Shown here piece after piece: positions 29,058 through 39,585 of a stretch of 64,000 bases of DNA; the stretch's first letter is position 1; every line of letters starts with the position of its first letter. The position numbers and the translations under genes were made by a program. The stretch lies in the NCBI GenBank assembly GCA_949290645.1, contig CASESG010000006.1, positions 23,088-87,087 on the forward strand, in the 5' to 3' direction. The stretch is from an uncultured Bacillota bacterium. GTDB taxonomy: Bacteria; Bacillota_I; Bacilli_A; RFN20; CAG-288. Below the pieces are notes generated by a model that was not told the DNA's origin, ran no database searches, and saw only the letters and a list, made by a program, of their open reading frames with translations.

Positions 29058-30934
29058 CAGTTCCTCTTCCGATCGTCGTCATCGTAGTAGTCGTACTGCT
29101 CGTCGAGATCCTCGTCGTAGGTCTCGTAATCCGACTGGGAGCCATACTGATCCTGCTCTTCCAGGGCCTTGAGCTCCTCCTCGGTATAGATCGGCATGGC
29201 CGTCGCCGTCGAAGCCTTGCTGGGCTCCTCGACATGGCTGTCCTTCTCGTTCTTGTTGCGGTCGAAACGCTTGCGATAGGAGCGGGTCTCGCTGGGTCCC
29301 TTCTTCTGGCTGAGAGCTTCCTCCAGCTCCTCGAGCGAGATCTTCGGCTTGTTGCGGATCTCGACGTGCTCGATCGGCTTCTCCTTGATCTCGGAAGTGG
29401 TCGACGGCGAAGAACTCGGCTCCTGGACAACAGGAGCAGTCTTCTCCTCTTCCGTCTTCTCTTCGACCGGAGCGGTCGTTTCCGCAGCAACTTCCTTTGT
29501 CTCGACCGGAGTTTCCATCGTTTCCTTCTCTTCGGAAACCATCTCGGGCTCAGTCTTTTCTTCCGTCGTCTCTTCAACCTTTTCCGTCACAGGAGCGACC
29601 GTTTCCGGATGGCGGGCTTTTTCCCAAGCGGCGGCCTGCTGTTCGATGTCCGCCAAGGAAGAATACTTGAGCCCTTCCGTGATGGCCTGATCGGCCTGAT
29701 AGACGGAGATGGTGCAGTTGGTGATCTGGCTGGCCAGACGGACGTTGACGCCCGCCGTACCGATGGCAACGCCCTGGTTGCCGTTCTGGACGACCGCAAC
29801 GATGTGCGGGAATTCATAGTCTGCGCTCTTCTCGAGCTCCTTGATGTCGACATTGGGATCGAAGAAATCCTCGGGGCAGGAAAGGCCGATGACCTGGGCC
29901 GGCTTCATCGCCTCGACGATCTGCAGGGCCTTGTTGTGATGATACTGAAGGACATCGATCTTCTCGCCGCGAATCTCGTTGATGACGCTGCGGATGCGGT
30001 TGGACTCGATGCCGAGGCAGGTTCCGATCGGATCGACGTTGGGGTTGTTGCTCTCGACGAAGACCTTCGTCCTCCTTCCGGCTTCGCGGGCGATCTTGCG
30101 GATGGCGATCTCGCCGGTGGTGAGCTCTGGAATCGCCCGCTCCATGAGACGGCGGACGAAGCGCTCGTCGGTGCGGGAGATGACAAGGCTCGGCGGATTG
30201 CTCTTCTCGGAGACGTCGCTGAGATAGACGAGGACCCGGTCACCCGTCGCAAAGCGGTCCTGAGGCAGGACACCCTGACGGCGGAGGAAACCTTCGGCCT
30301 TGCCGAAGTTGATCTCATAGGAATTGCCGATGGCATCGAAGCGGACGACCGTTCCCTCGATCAGCTGTCCGATGCGGTCGGAATAAACGTTGAGTATGGC
30401 GGTGCGCGAGGCGTCCTTGAGGTGGGACTGGAAGAGTTGCTTGACGCGGCGAACATAGGACTTGTCGAGCTTGGTCACGTCGAAGGGAATCTCGACCGTG
30501 TCTCCGATCTGGGGATTCTCCTTGTATTCCATGGCATCCTCGGGAGAGATCTGGTAGGCATCGTCGATGATCTCATCCTCTTCGGTGACGGTCTTGATGT
30601 CATAGATCTTGAAGGAAGAATGCGTCGGAGCCTTCTCGTCCTCGACGAAATCGATTCGGCACTGGATCAAGGACTTGGCCGGATCGGGATTGTCCCGGTC
30701 GCGGAAAAGTCCCGGATAGGACCATTCCAGGTAGGCCTGCTCCATGCTCTTGATCAGGATGTCCTTGACCATGTCCGTCCGGACAAGGCTCTCCTTCTCG
30801 ATGTCGACCGTGGCGCGAAGGAACTCGTTCCCGTCGATCACGCCCGTGACTTTCTTGGGCTCCTCGAGATACTTTGGCTTCCTTCCCCTGCGGCGAACGA
30901 CCTTCGTCTCTTCTTCCTTGACTTCTTCGCTCAT
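29057..30934 (-). CDS. nusA: Transcription factor NusA with long acidic C-terminal tail
   Basis: S1 and KH motifs AREAGRRTKV, DPIGTCLG, AIGTAGVNVRLASQIT. Confidence 0.95.
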   Translation of the reverse strand: MSEEVKEEETKVVRRRGRKPKYLEEPKKVTGVIDGNEFLRATVDIEKESLVRTDMVKDILIKSMEQAYLEWSYPGLFRDRDNPDPAKSLIQCRIDFVEDEKAPTHSSFKIYDIKTVTEEDEIIDDAYQISPEDAMEYKENPQIGDTVEIPFDVTKLDKSYVRRVKQLFQSHLKDASRTAILNVYSDRIGQLIEGTVVRFDAIGNSYEINFGKAEGFLRRQGVLPQDRFATGDRVLVYLSDVSEKSNPPSLVISRTDERFVRRLMERAIPELTTGEIAIRKIAREAGRRTKVFVESNNPNVDPIGTCLGIESNRIRSVINEIRGEKIDVLQYHHNKALQIVEAMKPAQVIGLSCPEDFFDPNVDIKELEKSADYEFPHIVAVVQNGNQGVAIGTAGVNVRLASQITNCTISVYQADQAITEGLKYSSLADIEQQAAAWEKARHPETVAPVTEKVEETTEEKTEPEMVSEEKETMETPVETKEVAAETTAPVEEKTEEEKTAPVVQEPSSSPSTTSEIKEKPIEHVEIRNKPKISLEELEEALSQKKGPSETRSYRKRFDRNKNEKDSHVEEPSKASTATAMPIYTEEELKALEEQDQYGSQSDYETYDEDLDEQYDYYDDDDRKRN

Positions 30935-30953
30935 CTTTCGATTCCTCCTGAGC

Positions 30954-31412
30954 TTATGCTTTGTATCCCATCTTGATCAGCTCGACATCCTTCTCTTCCA
31001 AGACAACCTTCTTCGGACGTCCCTTGACAAAATAGACAAACGTCGCCTTTCCATCTTCCAAAGACTCGAGGCGCATGGTCTTCTTCTCCTTGCCCTTCTC
31101 CGTGACGTCGAGATAGCGGGAGAGAAGCTTCGGCAGATCCGCGAAGGGAATCTCCTTTTCCCCGCCCCCGGAAGAGATGTCCAGGATGTAGCTCTGCTCA
31201 AGTCCCTCGACCCCGTCGATCCTCGGGGAAAGGCTCTCCGTCAGCTTGCTGATCTCGTCCATCGTGATCTGATAGTCGTGATCGACCAGGATCTCCAAGG
31301 TCGGGCCGTTGAGGGAGTCGACGAAAAAGCGGACGGAGATGAGCTCCAAGCCGAGCTTGTCGCACTCTTCCTTCGCCAATTTTCGCACCACGTCCAGAGT
31401 CTGTTGATCCAT
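30954..31412 (-). CDS. rimP: Ribosome maturation factor RimP
   Basis: YILDISSGG motif; first gene of the nusA operon; GGAGG RBS. Confidence 0.9.
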   Translation of the reverse strand: MDQQTLDVVRKLAKEECDKLGLELISVRFFVDSLNGPTLEILVDHDYQITMDEISKLTESLSPRIDGVEGLEQSYILDISSGGGEKEIPFADLPKLLSRYLDVTEKGKEKKTMRLESLEDGKATFVYFVKGRPKKVVLEEKDVELIKMGYKA

Positions 31413-31425
31413 TGTCCACCTCCGG

Positions 31426-31459
31426 TAAAAAGAAAGAGTGAGCCATTGGCCCACTCTCA
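31426..31459 (-). promoter_or_regulatory. rimP-nusA leader hairpin / attenuator
   Basis: Minus strand GAGAGTGGGCC-AAT-GGCTCACTCTT followed by TCTTTT just before the RBS; resembles the terminator-like leader known upstream of rimP-nusA in Firmicutes. Confidence 0.65.
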
Positions 31460-31576
31460 ACCGTATACGATTAAGAAGGCGTCTCAAGTTTCCTCAAGAC
31501 AAGAAAAGTATAAGTAGAAAGAGAAATCCTGTCAAGTGTGGCAATTGGCGCAAGGCCATGACTATAATGAATCGCT

Positions 31577-33406
31577 ATGAAAGAAAAAGTGTTCTCGGCG
31601 ATCAAGAAGAACGGATGGACCTACATCGTCGGCCCGGCGTTCAAGATGATCGAAGCCGTCTTCGACCTGTTGATTCCGCTCGTGATGAAGGCCGTCCTCG
31701 ACCTCTCCTTCACCAGCGACCTTTCGAAAGTCGATTCCGTCTCGAAAGGGTTCGGTCATTTCCTCGACCTCTTCGGGACGTGGGTTTCGGGTAACAAGCC
31801 TCTCAACTATGCCCTGGTCGGAGGGACTCTGATTCTTTTGATGGGCATCGTCGGCCTTGTCACGACGATGATCTGCCAGTACATCGCCGCCCTCTCCGCG
31901 ACAAGGACGGGAACCGACCTCCGGGACATGCTCTATCGGAAGATCCTCTCGCTCGGAAAGGGAGAGAGGGAAAAGTTCGGGGAAGGAAAGGCCATGACCA
32001 TCCTCAACTCCGATTCCTTCCAAGTCCAGCAAGGAGTCCTCTTCTTCATCCGCTTGGGCGTGCGCGCCCCCTTCATCATCCTGGGAAGCCTCATCCTCTC
32101 CCTGATTCTCAACTGGCAGATTGGACTGGTGTTCTTGGCCATCATCCCAGTCATCCTCCTGATTGTCTTCGTCGTGATGCGAAAGGCCTCGAAGCAATAC
32201 CTGGTCATCCAGGGAAGGCTCGACTCCCTTTCGACCTCCACTTCCGACAGCCTGGAAGGGGCTCGGGTCATCCGCGCCTTCTTCACCATGGACGAGGAAA
32301 AGAAACGCTTCGAAGACAAGACCAAGACCTACCAGGACGAGAGCATCCGGGTCAGCAAGATCAACGCCCTCATCAACCCCCTGACCTTCGCCATCGTCTC
32401 CATGGCCACGATCCTGGTCGTCTTCATAGGCAGCTTCGACATGGCAGAGGGCATCAAGATGATGGGCCAGGACGTCCTCCCCTCGACGATCATCACCCTG
32501 GTCAGCTACCTCAGCCAGATCTTCCAGACCCTGATCCTGCTGACCAACCTCGTGACGATTTTCACCAAGACCATCGTCTCCTGGAAGAGATGCGACTCCC
32601 TTCTCGCTGTAAAACCGAAGATCGTCGAGAAGGAAAACGCCATCACCAAGACCATCAAGAAGGGAGAGACCATCTTCGAGCTCGACAACGTCACCTTCTG
32701 CTACGAGGAAGGCGGAAACGCCGCCCTCAAGGACATCTCCTTCCACCTCAGGAAAGGAGAGACACTGGGCATCATCGGCGGAACAGGATCGGGAAAGACG
32801 ACCCTGATTCGACTGGTCGAGCGCCTGATCGACCCCAGCCAGGGAAAGGTCCTCTACAAGGGCGTCGACCTCAAGGATTACAAGATCTCCGCACTGAGAA
32901 AGGAAATCGCCTTCGTTCCACAGAAGTCCGTCCTCTTCAAGGGAACCATCCGTTCCAACATGGAGATGGCAAAGGAAGACGTCACCGACGAGGAGATCTG
33001 GAAATGCCTCAGAGTCAGCTGTGCGGAGGATTTCGTCCGCACCGAACCGTCTCAGCTTCTCCACGAAGTCGAGGAAGGGGGAAAGAACTTCTCCGGCGGA
33101 CAGAGGCAGCGACTGGCCATAGCACGGACCTTCCTCCGCAAGCCCGAAGTCCTGATCCTGGACGACTCCACCTCCGCTCTCGACCTTCTGACCGACAAAA
33201 AAGTCCGCGACAACCTTAAGGACTTCCTTCCCGACGCCACCAAGATTCTCATCTCCCAGCGCGTCTCCACGATCAAGGACAGCGACTTGATCCTCGTCCT
33301 TGAGGGCGGAAAGGTGCTCTCGATGGGAAAGCACGAGGAACTCTTAAAGACATCCCAGGTCTATCGCGAGACCTACGATTCGCAGATGCAGAAGGAGGGA
33401 CTCTGA
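31577..33406 (+). CDS. Heterodimeric ABC exporter subunit A (TMD+NBD)
   Basis: Multi-TM domain, GGTGSGKTT, FSGGQRQR, LDDSTSALD, SQR (degenerate site). Confidence 0.92.
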   Translation: MKEKVFSAIKKNGWTYIVGPAFKMIEAVFDLLIPLVMKAVLDLSFTSDLSKVDSVSKGFGHFLDLFGTWVSGNKPLNYALVGGTLILLMGIVGLVTTMICQYIAALSATRTGTDLRDMLYRKILSLGKGEREKFGEGKAMTILNSDSFQVQQGVLFFIRLGVRAPFIILGSLILSLILNWQIGLVFLAIIPVILLIVFVVMRKASKQYLVIQGRLDSLSTSTSDSLEGARVIRAFFTMDEEKKRFEDKTKTYQDESIRVSKINALINPLTFAIVSMATILVVFIGSFDMAEGIKMMGQDVLPSTIITLVSYLSQIFQTLILLTNLVTIFTKTIVSWKRCDSLLAVKPKIVEKENAITKTIKKGETIFELDNVTFCYEEGGNAALKDISFHLRKGETLGIIGGTGSGKTTLIRLVERLIDPSQGKVLYKGVDLKDYKISALRKEIAFVPQKSVLFKGTIRSNMEMAKEDVTDEEIWKCLRVSCAEDFVRTEPSQLLHEVEEGGKNFSGGQRQRLAIARTFLRKPEVLILDDSTSALDLLTDKKVRDNLKDFLPDATKILISQRVSTIKDSDLILVLEGGKVLSMGKHEELLKTSQVYRETYDSQMQKEGL

Positions 33407-35157
33407 TGCAAGGCAAAGAACTTCTCATGAAATATCTCGGGAAGCAGAAGGGAAGGATCGTCCTCTCCTTCCTCTCCGTCCTGGTCTTCCTTCTGGCCCA
33501 GCTCTCCCAACCCCTTCTTGTCGGCTCCTCCCTGGATGCGATCGGACGAGTCGAGCTGGGTGTCTTCACACTCGACATCCAGACGCAGAAACTTGTCTTC
33601 TTCCTGGTCACCGCCCTCGTCCTCTCGATCCTGGGCGTGATCTTCGACTTCCTCTTCGAATACAGCATCGGCATCTTCACCCAGAACATCGTCAAGGAGA
33701 TCCGGGACGACGTCTTCGACAAGCTTCTGAAAGTCCCGATCCGCACCATCGACTCGAGGAAGCACGGCGATCTGCTCCAGCTCGAGATCCAGGACGTCGA
33801 GAACATCGCCACCGGTCTCGCCTCCGTCTTCAAGCAGCTTGTCCAGGGCGTGCTCTCGGTCCTGATCACGATCGTCTTGATGTTCACCGTCAACTGGATT
33901 CTGGCCATCGCCGTCATCGTCCTCTCCCCGCTCTCCCTCTTCGTCAGCCGCTTCATCGCGACCTTCTCCCATCGCCACTTCAAGAGCCAGTCCGCCCTGA
34001 TGAGCGACCTCAACGCCCTCTCCCTGGAAGCCATCGGCAACCTCGAGACCGTCCAGTCCCTGGAATACGAATCCCGCTCTCTCAGGGAATTCCAGAGCCG
34101 GGACGAGAAGCTCCGCAAGGAAGGAAAGGTCGCCCAGTTCGCCGCCTCCTGGACCAATCCCTCCACCCGCTTTGTCAACAACACCATCTATGCCATCGTC
34201 GGCATCGCCGGCATCGTCATGATCCTCTACACCGCCTCTGTCCCCCTTCTGGCCATGACGATGGGCAAGCTCACCTCCTTCCTCAGCTACACCAACGAAT
34301 ACACCAAGCCCTTCAACGAGATCTCCTCGGTCGTCGCCGAGTTCGAGACGGCCAAGTTCTCCTTCCACCGCATCGAGACCTTCCTTAAGAGCGAAGACGA
34401 CGTCGACGAAGGGACAAAGCAACTCGAAGGCAAAGTGGAAGAGATTTCCTTCGACCACCTGACCTTCTCCTATGAGGAAGGGCAGCACCTGATTGAGGAC
34501 TTCAGCCAGAAGATCAAGAGAGGACAGAAAGTCGCCATCGTCGGCCCGACCGGAGCCGGCAAGACCACCCTCATCAACGTCCTGATGCGCTTCTACGATC
34601 CCGTCTCCGGCTCGATCCTCTTCAACGGCATCGACAGCCGAAACATCCCCAAGAGGGAGCTGAGAAGAAACTTCGGCATGGTCCTCCAGGACACCTGGAT
34701 CTTCACTGGCACCATCCGGGAAAACGTCCGCTACGCCCGGCCCGAGAGCACGGACGAGGAAGTCGAAAAAGCCTGTCAGGAAGCCCATGCCGACAGCTTC
34801 ATCCGCACCCTTCCCTACGGCTATGACACAAAGGTCACAAGCAAGGGCGGACTCAGCGAAGGAGAGAGGCAGCTGTTGACCATCGCCCGCGTCATGCTCA
34901 GCAAGCCCGACATCGTCATCCTGGACGAGGCGACCTCCAACGTCGACACCCGCACCGAGAAGCTCATCACCGAAGGCTTCGACAAGATCCTCAATGGCAA
35001 GACCTCGATCGTGATCGCCCACCGCCTCTCCACCATCCAGAAAGCCGACCTCATCCTCGTCCTCAAGGACGGAAACGTCATCGAGAAGGGAAACCACGAC
35101 CAACTCATCCATAGGCACGGCTTCTACTACGACCTCTACGCGAGCCAGTTCAAATAA
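33406..35157 (+). CDS. Heterodimeric ABC exporter subunit B (TMD+NBD)
   Basis: GPTGAGKTT, LSEGERQ, LDEATSNVD, AHRLSTI. Confidence 0.92.
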   Translation: MQGKELLMKYLGKQKGRIVLSFLSVLVFLLAQLSQPLLVGSSLDAIGRVELGVFTLDIQTQKLVFFLVTALVLSILGVIFDFLFEYSIGIFTQNIVKEIRDDVFDKLLKVPIRTIDSRKHGDLLQLEIQDVENIATGLASVFKQLVQGVLSVLITIVLMFTVNWILAIAVIVLSPLSLFVSRFIATFSHRHFKSQSALMSDLNALSLEAIGNLETVQSLEYESRSLREFQSRDEKLRKEGKVAQFAASWTNPSTRFVNNTIYAIVGIAGIVMILYTASVPLLAMTMGKLTSFLSYTNEYTKPFNEISSVVAEFETAKFSFHRIETFLKSEDDVDEGTKQLEGKVEEISFDHLTFSYEEGQHLIEDFSQKIKRGQKVAIVGPTGAGKTTLINVLMRFYDPVSGSILFNGIDSRNIPKRELRRNFGMVLQDTWIFTGTIRENVRYARPESTDEEVEKACQEAHADSFIRTLPYGYDTKVTSKGGLSEGERQLLTIARVMLSKPDIVILDEATSNVDTRTEKLITEGFDKILNGKTSIVIAHRLSTIQKADLILVLKDGNVIEKGNHDQLIHRHGFYYDLYASQFK

Positions 35158-35178
35158 AGGTCCGAACGCAAAAGAAAG

Positions 35179-35204
35179 AGGCTGCGACAACTCCGCAGCC
35201 TTTT
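35179..35204. terminator. Bidirectional terminator
   Basis: AGGCTGCG-ACAACTC-CGCAGCCT followed by TTT, A-rich on the other side. Confidence 0.75.
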
Positions 35205-35205
35205 C

Positions 35206-35634
35206 TCATAGCTGACCGATCTTTCGAAGGTAGCGCTCCAGGATCACCGAAGCGGCCTTGCTGTCGATCGACTTTCTCTGCTTGCGCGTGTTCTTGCCAA
35301 GGCTCACCATGACAGCAGATGCCTCCGAAGTCGAATAGCGCTCGTCCTGCTTGTCGATTGCGATGCCCGGAAAGCGTTCCTGAAGCTTGGGGATAAAGGA
35401 GAGGACGACCTCGCTCATCGGACAGGGATCGCCCGAGGGATAGGAGGGATAGCCGATGACGATCCGCTCCACCTTCTCCTTGGAGACGACTTCCTTGAGC
35501 AAATCCAAAGCCTCGTCATAGTCCTCCATCCGGAAGCGGATGTTGGTCAAGGGAGTGACGAGAAAGCCACTTCTCGAGATCGCGACGCCCAGGCTTCCCC
35601 TTCCGAGGTCGAGGGCGAGGATGTTCTTGATCAC
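35206..35634 (-). CDS. ruvX: YqgF/RuvX family nuclease
   Basis: LALDLG, IGYP, QDERYST, IDSKAASVIL; downstream of alaS. Confidence 0.92.
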   Translation of the reverse strand: MIKNILALDLGRGSLGVAISRSGFLVTPLTNIRFRMEDYDEALDLLKEVVSKEKVERIVIGYPSYPSGDPCPMSEVVLSFIPKLQERFPGIAIDKQDERYSTSEASAVMVSLGKNTRKQRKSIDSKAASVILERYLRKIGQL

Positions 35635-38231
35635 GAAAGCATTTCCCCGATCTTCTTGCGGACTTCTTCCAGGTCGACGCCGTTCTTTCCGCCGCCGAAA
35701 GCGACATCGTCCCGGCCGCCTCCCGAGCCACCGACAAGACGGCTGAGCTCTTTCATCAAAAGGCCAGCCTTCAGATTCAGGTCCTTGCCCCTTCCGGCGA
35801 CCAAATCGGCCTTTCCGGAATTCCCTTCGTTGACCAGGAAGAGGACAAGGCCCGGATGTTGATCGATGAGCTTGTGGGCCAGGGAGTCGAGCTGCTCGTG
35901 GGTCAGGCCGTGCGTCTTCTCGACCAGGACCTCATGCCCCGAGAGCGGAAGGATGTTCTTCTTCATGTCGGAAAGCATGCTGTTGGTGATCTTCTCGCGG
36001 AGACTGTTGATGAGCTTCTTCTTCTCCTCGTCGTCGGCAAGAAGAGCCTCAAGCTTGCTTCTAAGGCCCTTGACCGACATCAATTTCAAAAGGCTGGCCA
36101 GGTCGAAGAGTTGTCTCTCCCGATCCTTGAGATAGTTGTAGGCCTTTTCGCCCGTATAGGCCGTGATGCGGCGGATTCCCGAGGCAATCGCCCCTTCGCT
36201 GACGATGACAAAGAGACCGATCTCCGAAGTCGAGCGGACATGCGTTCCTCCGCAGAACTCCTTGGAGTCGCCCATCGAGACGACACGAACCTTGTCGCCG
36301 TACTTCTCATTGAAGAGATGCATGGCATTGGTCTTGAGGGCCTCATCCTTGTCGAGGACGGAAGTCGAGACCGAAAGTCCGGCGAAGATCTCGTCGTTGA
36401 CTCTCTTCTCGACCTGATCGAGGACGTCCTTCTCGACCTTCGATTCATAGGCGAAGTCGAAGCGAAGGCTCTCGTCGTCATAATAGGCGCCTTCTTGATG
36501 GATGTCCTTGCTGACGAGCTCCTGGAGGGCCTTCTGCAAGAGATGGGTCGCCGAATGGTTGTTCTCGATTTTTCTTCTTCGCTCCCAATCGACCTTTTGG
36601 AGCAGGACGTCTCCACCCTTGACCGTCCCAAAAAGGACCTTTACGTGGAGCAGGTGGGCGCCGTTAGGGCACTTGCCGACCGAGAGGACTTCCGCCTCGA
36701 AGTCCTTTCCGAGAAGCTTTCCCGTATCGCTGACCTGTCCGCCGCTCTCGGCATAGAAGTCCGTCTTTTCCAGGACGATGTCTCCTTCGTCATCGAGGCT
36801 TTCGACCCTCTTCCCGTCCTGGAAGAGACCGATGACCGAAGACTCGAAATCCTTCTCCTCATAGGTGAAGGTGCTTTCCTTGTGGAAGTCGAGAAGATCC
36901 TTGCTCTGCGTGCCGAAGGACTCTCTCGTCCCACGGCTTTGCCTTGCCAGTTCCTTGGAGTCGGAAAGGAGCTGATCATACCCCTTTTCGTCGACCTCAA
37001 GGCCGGCGTCATGGGCGATTTCCTTCGTCAGCTCGAAGGGGAAGCCATAGGTGTCCATGAGCTTGAAGGCATCCTTGGCGGAGAGGACCTTGCCCGACTT
37101 CTCGATCATGTCGGAGAGGATCTTCTCGCCGGTATGAAGAGTCGCAGAGAACTTCTTCTCCTCGCTCTCGATCATCTTGCAGGTCTTCTCCTCGTGCTCG
37201 AGAAGGTAAGGATAGAAATGGGACATGTTCTTGTCGACCAGAGGGACAAGATTGGCCAGAGTCCCGGTCTCCAGACCGATCTTCTGGGCATAGCGAGAGG
37301 CTCTTCGCAAGAGTCTCTTGAGGACATAGCCCCGGCCGTCGTTGGAGAAGATGGCACCGTCGGCCAAGGCGAAGGTGATGGAACGGATGTGGTCGGCGAT
37401 GACGCGATAGGCCAACTTGTTCTCCGAATAGGGAACCTTGGCCTTCTTCTCCAGAGCCTCGATGTAGGGAAGGAAGAGGTCCGTCTCGAAGTTCGTCTCC
37501 GCACCCTGAAGGATGCAGGCGAAACGCTCCAGTCCTGCGCCGGTATCGATGTTCTTCTGCGGAAGAAGCTTGTAGTCCTTCCTCGGCGTTCCCGGAACGG
37601 CGTTGAACTGGGAGAAGACGATGTTCCAGAGCTCGATGTAGCGGTCGTTGTCCAGATCGTCGGAGAGAAGCTTCAGGCCGAGATGCTCGGGATCGTACTT
37701 CTCGCCCCGATCGAAATTGATTTCCGTGTCCGGACCACAGGGGCCTTCCCCGATCTCCCAGAAGTTGCCCTTGCAAGGAACCAGATGGTCCTTGTCCATT
37801 CCGGCCTTAATCCAGGTCTCGTAGGTGTCCAGGTCGTCCGGATAGTAGGTGACATAGAGTTTCTCCTTGGGAAGGCCGAAGTACTTCTCCGAGGTCAGAA
37901 GCTCGAAAGCCCAGGGGATGACATCGTGCCGGAAGTAGTCTCCGATCGAGAAGTTCCCCATCATCTCGAAGAAGGTGTGGTGACGGGCCGTGTGCCCGAC
38001 GTTCTCGATGTCGTTGGTGCGGATGCACTTCTGGGCATTGGTGATGCGTCTGTGCTTCGGGGTCAGGGTTCCGTCGAAGTACTTCTTCAAAGCCGCGACG
38101 CCGGCATTGATCCAGAGCAGGGTTGGGTCATTTTGCGGAATCAGGGAGGCAGAGGGTTCGACGTAATGGCCGTGCTCCTTGAAGAATTCCAGCCAGGTGT
38201 CACGAATCTCGTCCGATGTCATTTTGCGCAT
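35631..38231 (-). CDS. alaS: Alanine--tRNA ligase
   Basis: HHTFFEMMGNFS, IDTGAGLER, HSATHLL, EFCGGTHV, GGSGGG. Confidence 0.98.
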   Translation of the reverse strand: MRKMTSDEIRDTWLEFFKEHGHYVEPSASLIPQNDPTLLWINAGVAALKKYFDGTLTPKHRRITNAQKCIRTNDIENVGHTARHHTFFEMMGNFSIGDYFRHDVIPWAFELLTSEKYFGLPKEKLYVTYYPDDLDTYETWIKAGMDKDHLVPCKGNFWEIGEGPCGPDTEINFDRGEKYDPEHLGLKLLSDDLDNDRYIELWNIVFSQFNAVPGTPRKDYKLLPQKNIDTGAGLERFACILQGAETNFETDLFLPYIEALEKKAKVPYSENKLAYRVIADHIRSITFALADGAIFSNDGRGYVLKRLLRRASRYAQKIGLETGTLANLVPLVDKNMSHFYPYLLEHEEKTCKMIESEEKKFSATLHTGEKILSDMIEKSGKVLSAKDAFKLMDTYGFPFELTKEIAHDAGLEVDEKGYDQLLSDSKELARQSRGTRESFGTQSKDLLDFHKESTFTYEEKDFESSVIGLFQDGKRVESLDDEGDIVLEKTDFYAESGGQVSDTGKLLGKDFEAEVLSVGKCPNGAHLLHVKVLFGTVKGGDVLLQKVDWERRRKIENNHSATHLLQKALQELVSKDIHQEGAYYDDESLRFDFAYESKVEKDVLDQVEKRVNDEIFAGLSVSTSVLDKDEALKTNAMHLFNEKYGDKVRVVSMGDSKEFCGGTHVRSTSEIGLFVIVSEGAIASGIRRITAYTGEKAYNYLKDRERQLFDLASLLKLMSVKGLRSKLEALLADDEEKKKLINSLREKITNSMLSDMKKNILPLSGHEVLVEKTHGLTHEQLDSLAHKLIDQHPGLVLFLVNEGNSGKADLVAGRGKDLNLKAGLLMKELSRLVGGSGGGRDDVAFGGGKNGVDLEEVRKKIGEMLS

Positions 38232-38303
38232 GGGAAATCTCCTTCGTGGAAAAACAGCGAATCAATTATACTCTTTTCAAAGAAAAGAGAAGAGGGAAAA
38301 CGA

Positions 38304-39521
38304 TCAAGCGATGGTGACGACAGCGTTTGTGCCGTCCATGTCCGTGACGATCTCGACCTCCAGGGAATCGGTGTCCTCGAAGTGATACTCGCCGCTGACC
38401 GGATTGGTGTAGGGGAGGTCATCGGCGATGACGAAACGGGAGTTCTCCGCATTGAGTTCGGTCTCGCCCTTGGCAAAGGAGATCGTCGCCCCTTCGGCGA
38501 AAGCGGTGAGGTCGATCGTCGTGGTGTAGCAAAGTTTCTCCTCGCCCGTCATCAGCTGGTATCCGATGGTCCGGTCGTTTTCGACCGTCCCCGTCTGCTG
38601 CCCTGCCGTGCTGCTGATCAAATAGGTCGGAGCCTCAATCTTGGCGATCGCCTTTTCAAGATCCGGAAGAGGAAGCTCTCCCTGATAGCTTGTCTTCTCG
38701 CCATAGGTGAAATCGGAGGTGGTGGAACTCGACTTGACGACGGCAGAGACCTTCTTGAGGTCGCTGTCCATGAAATACTGTGTCGTGTTCTCCGACTCGA
38801 TCTGGACCAGACGATAGGTCTCGTCCTTCTGGAAGCGATAGGTGATCTGGTTCTTGGTGCCGTAGGGGAGGTTCTTCTCGGAATCGTTGGGGTAGATGGG
38901 ATTGGAGCCGGTCTTGGTGCTGGCCACAAGAGAGGTCAGGACGACATCCTGGCCGTCCATCGTGACATCGAAATGGTCGATTTGTGTCAAGGAATCCCCC
39001 AGGGAGGTAAAGATGGTCTCGACATAGGAGTCGAAAAGCTCCTCCTTGGTCAGCTCCGAAGAGCCTTCCCCAGTGCCATCGAGGCTATCAAAGCGAGCGA
39101 CATTCGCACCCTCCTTGATCTCGTTGTGCGATCCGAGGTAGTTCATTCCCGCCATGCTGTCGGAAAGGGCCGCCGTGAGAGTGCTCGAATCCGCCTTGGT
39201 CACAAAGCGCTGCACGTTGGTGCCGGTCTCGTTCTCGCCTTTCATCGTCTGGAGAATCGCATCCGAATAGAACTCGGCGGTGCTGGAAGCGGACGTTCGG
39301 TCGTAGGAGACAAAGGGGCGCATGTTCTTGGGATAGATGGCGCTCATGTCCTCGAGATTGGACACCTCGACTTTCATCTTCGTGACTTCCTTGAGGTTAG
39401 CCTCGGCCTGGCTCAGGACCTTCTCGATCAGGTAGTCGTTGTCGACCACCGTGCTTGTCGTCGTGCAGGAAGGAAGAAGCAGGGAAAGCATTCCCAGCGG
39501 CAAAAGAATTTTCTTGTTCAT
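38304..39521 (-). CDS. Uncharacterised lipoprotein
   Basis: Signal peptide MNKKILLPLGMLSLLLPSC; Ser/Thr-rich; AGGAG RBS and TGcTAAAAT promoter upstream. Confidence 0.8.
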   Translation of the reverse strand: MNKKILLPLGMLSLLLPSCTTTSTVVDNDYLIEKVLSQAEANLKEVTKMKVEVSNLEDMSAIYPKNMRPFVSYDRTSASSTAEFYSDAILQTMKGENETGTNVQRFVTKADSSTLTAALSDSMAGMNYLGSHNEIKEGANVARFDSLDGTGEGSSELTKEELFDSYVETIFTSLGDSLTQIDHFDVTMDGQDVVLTSLVASTKTGSNPIYPNDSEKNLPYGTKNQITYRFQKDETYRLVQIESENTTQYFMDSDLKKVSAVVKSSSTTSDFTYGEKTSYQGELPLPDLEKAIAKIEAPTYLISSTAGQQTGTVENDRTIGYQLMTGEEKLCYTTTIDLTAFAEGATISFAKGETELNAENSRFVIADDLPYTNPVSGEYHFEDTDSLEVEIVTDMDGTNAVVTIA

Positions 39522-39585
39522 CTTGTCTCTCCTTTTTGATATTTGTCCTAGATGATATTTTAGCAGAAAAAAGATATAGGGGAAA

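Noticed and set aside
35856-39539. 1227 aa plus-strand ORF, and similar long ORFs opposite infB, nusA, mutS2, rlmD and the ABC genes
   Set aside because: All lie antisense to clear genes and are explained by codon bias.
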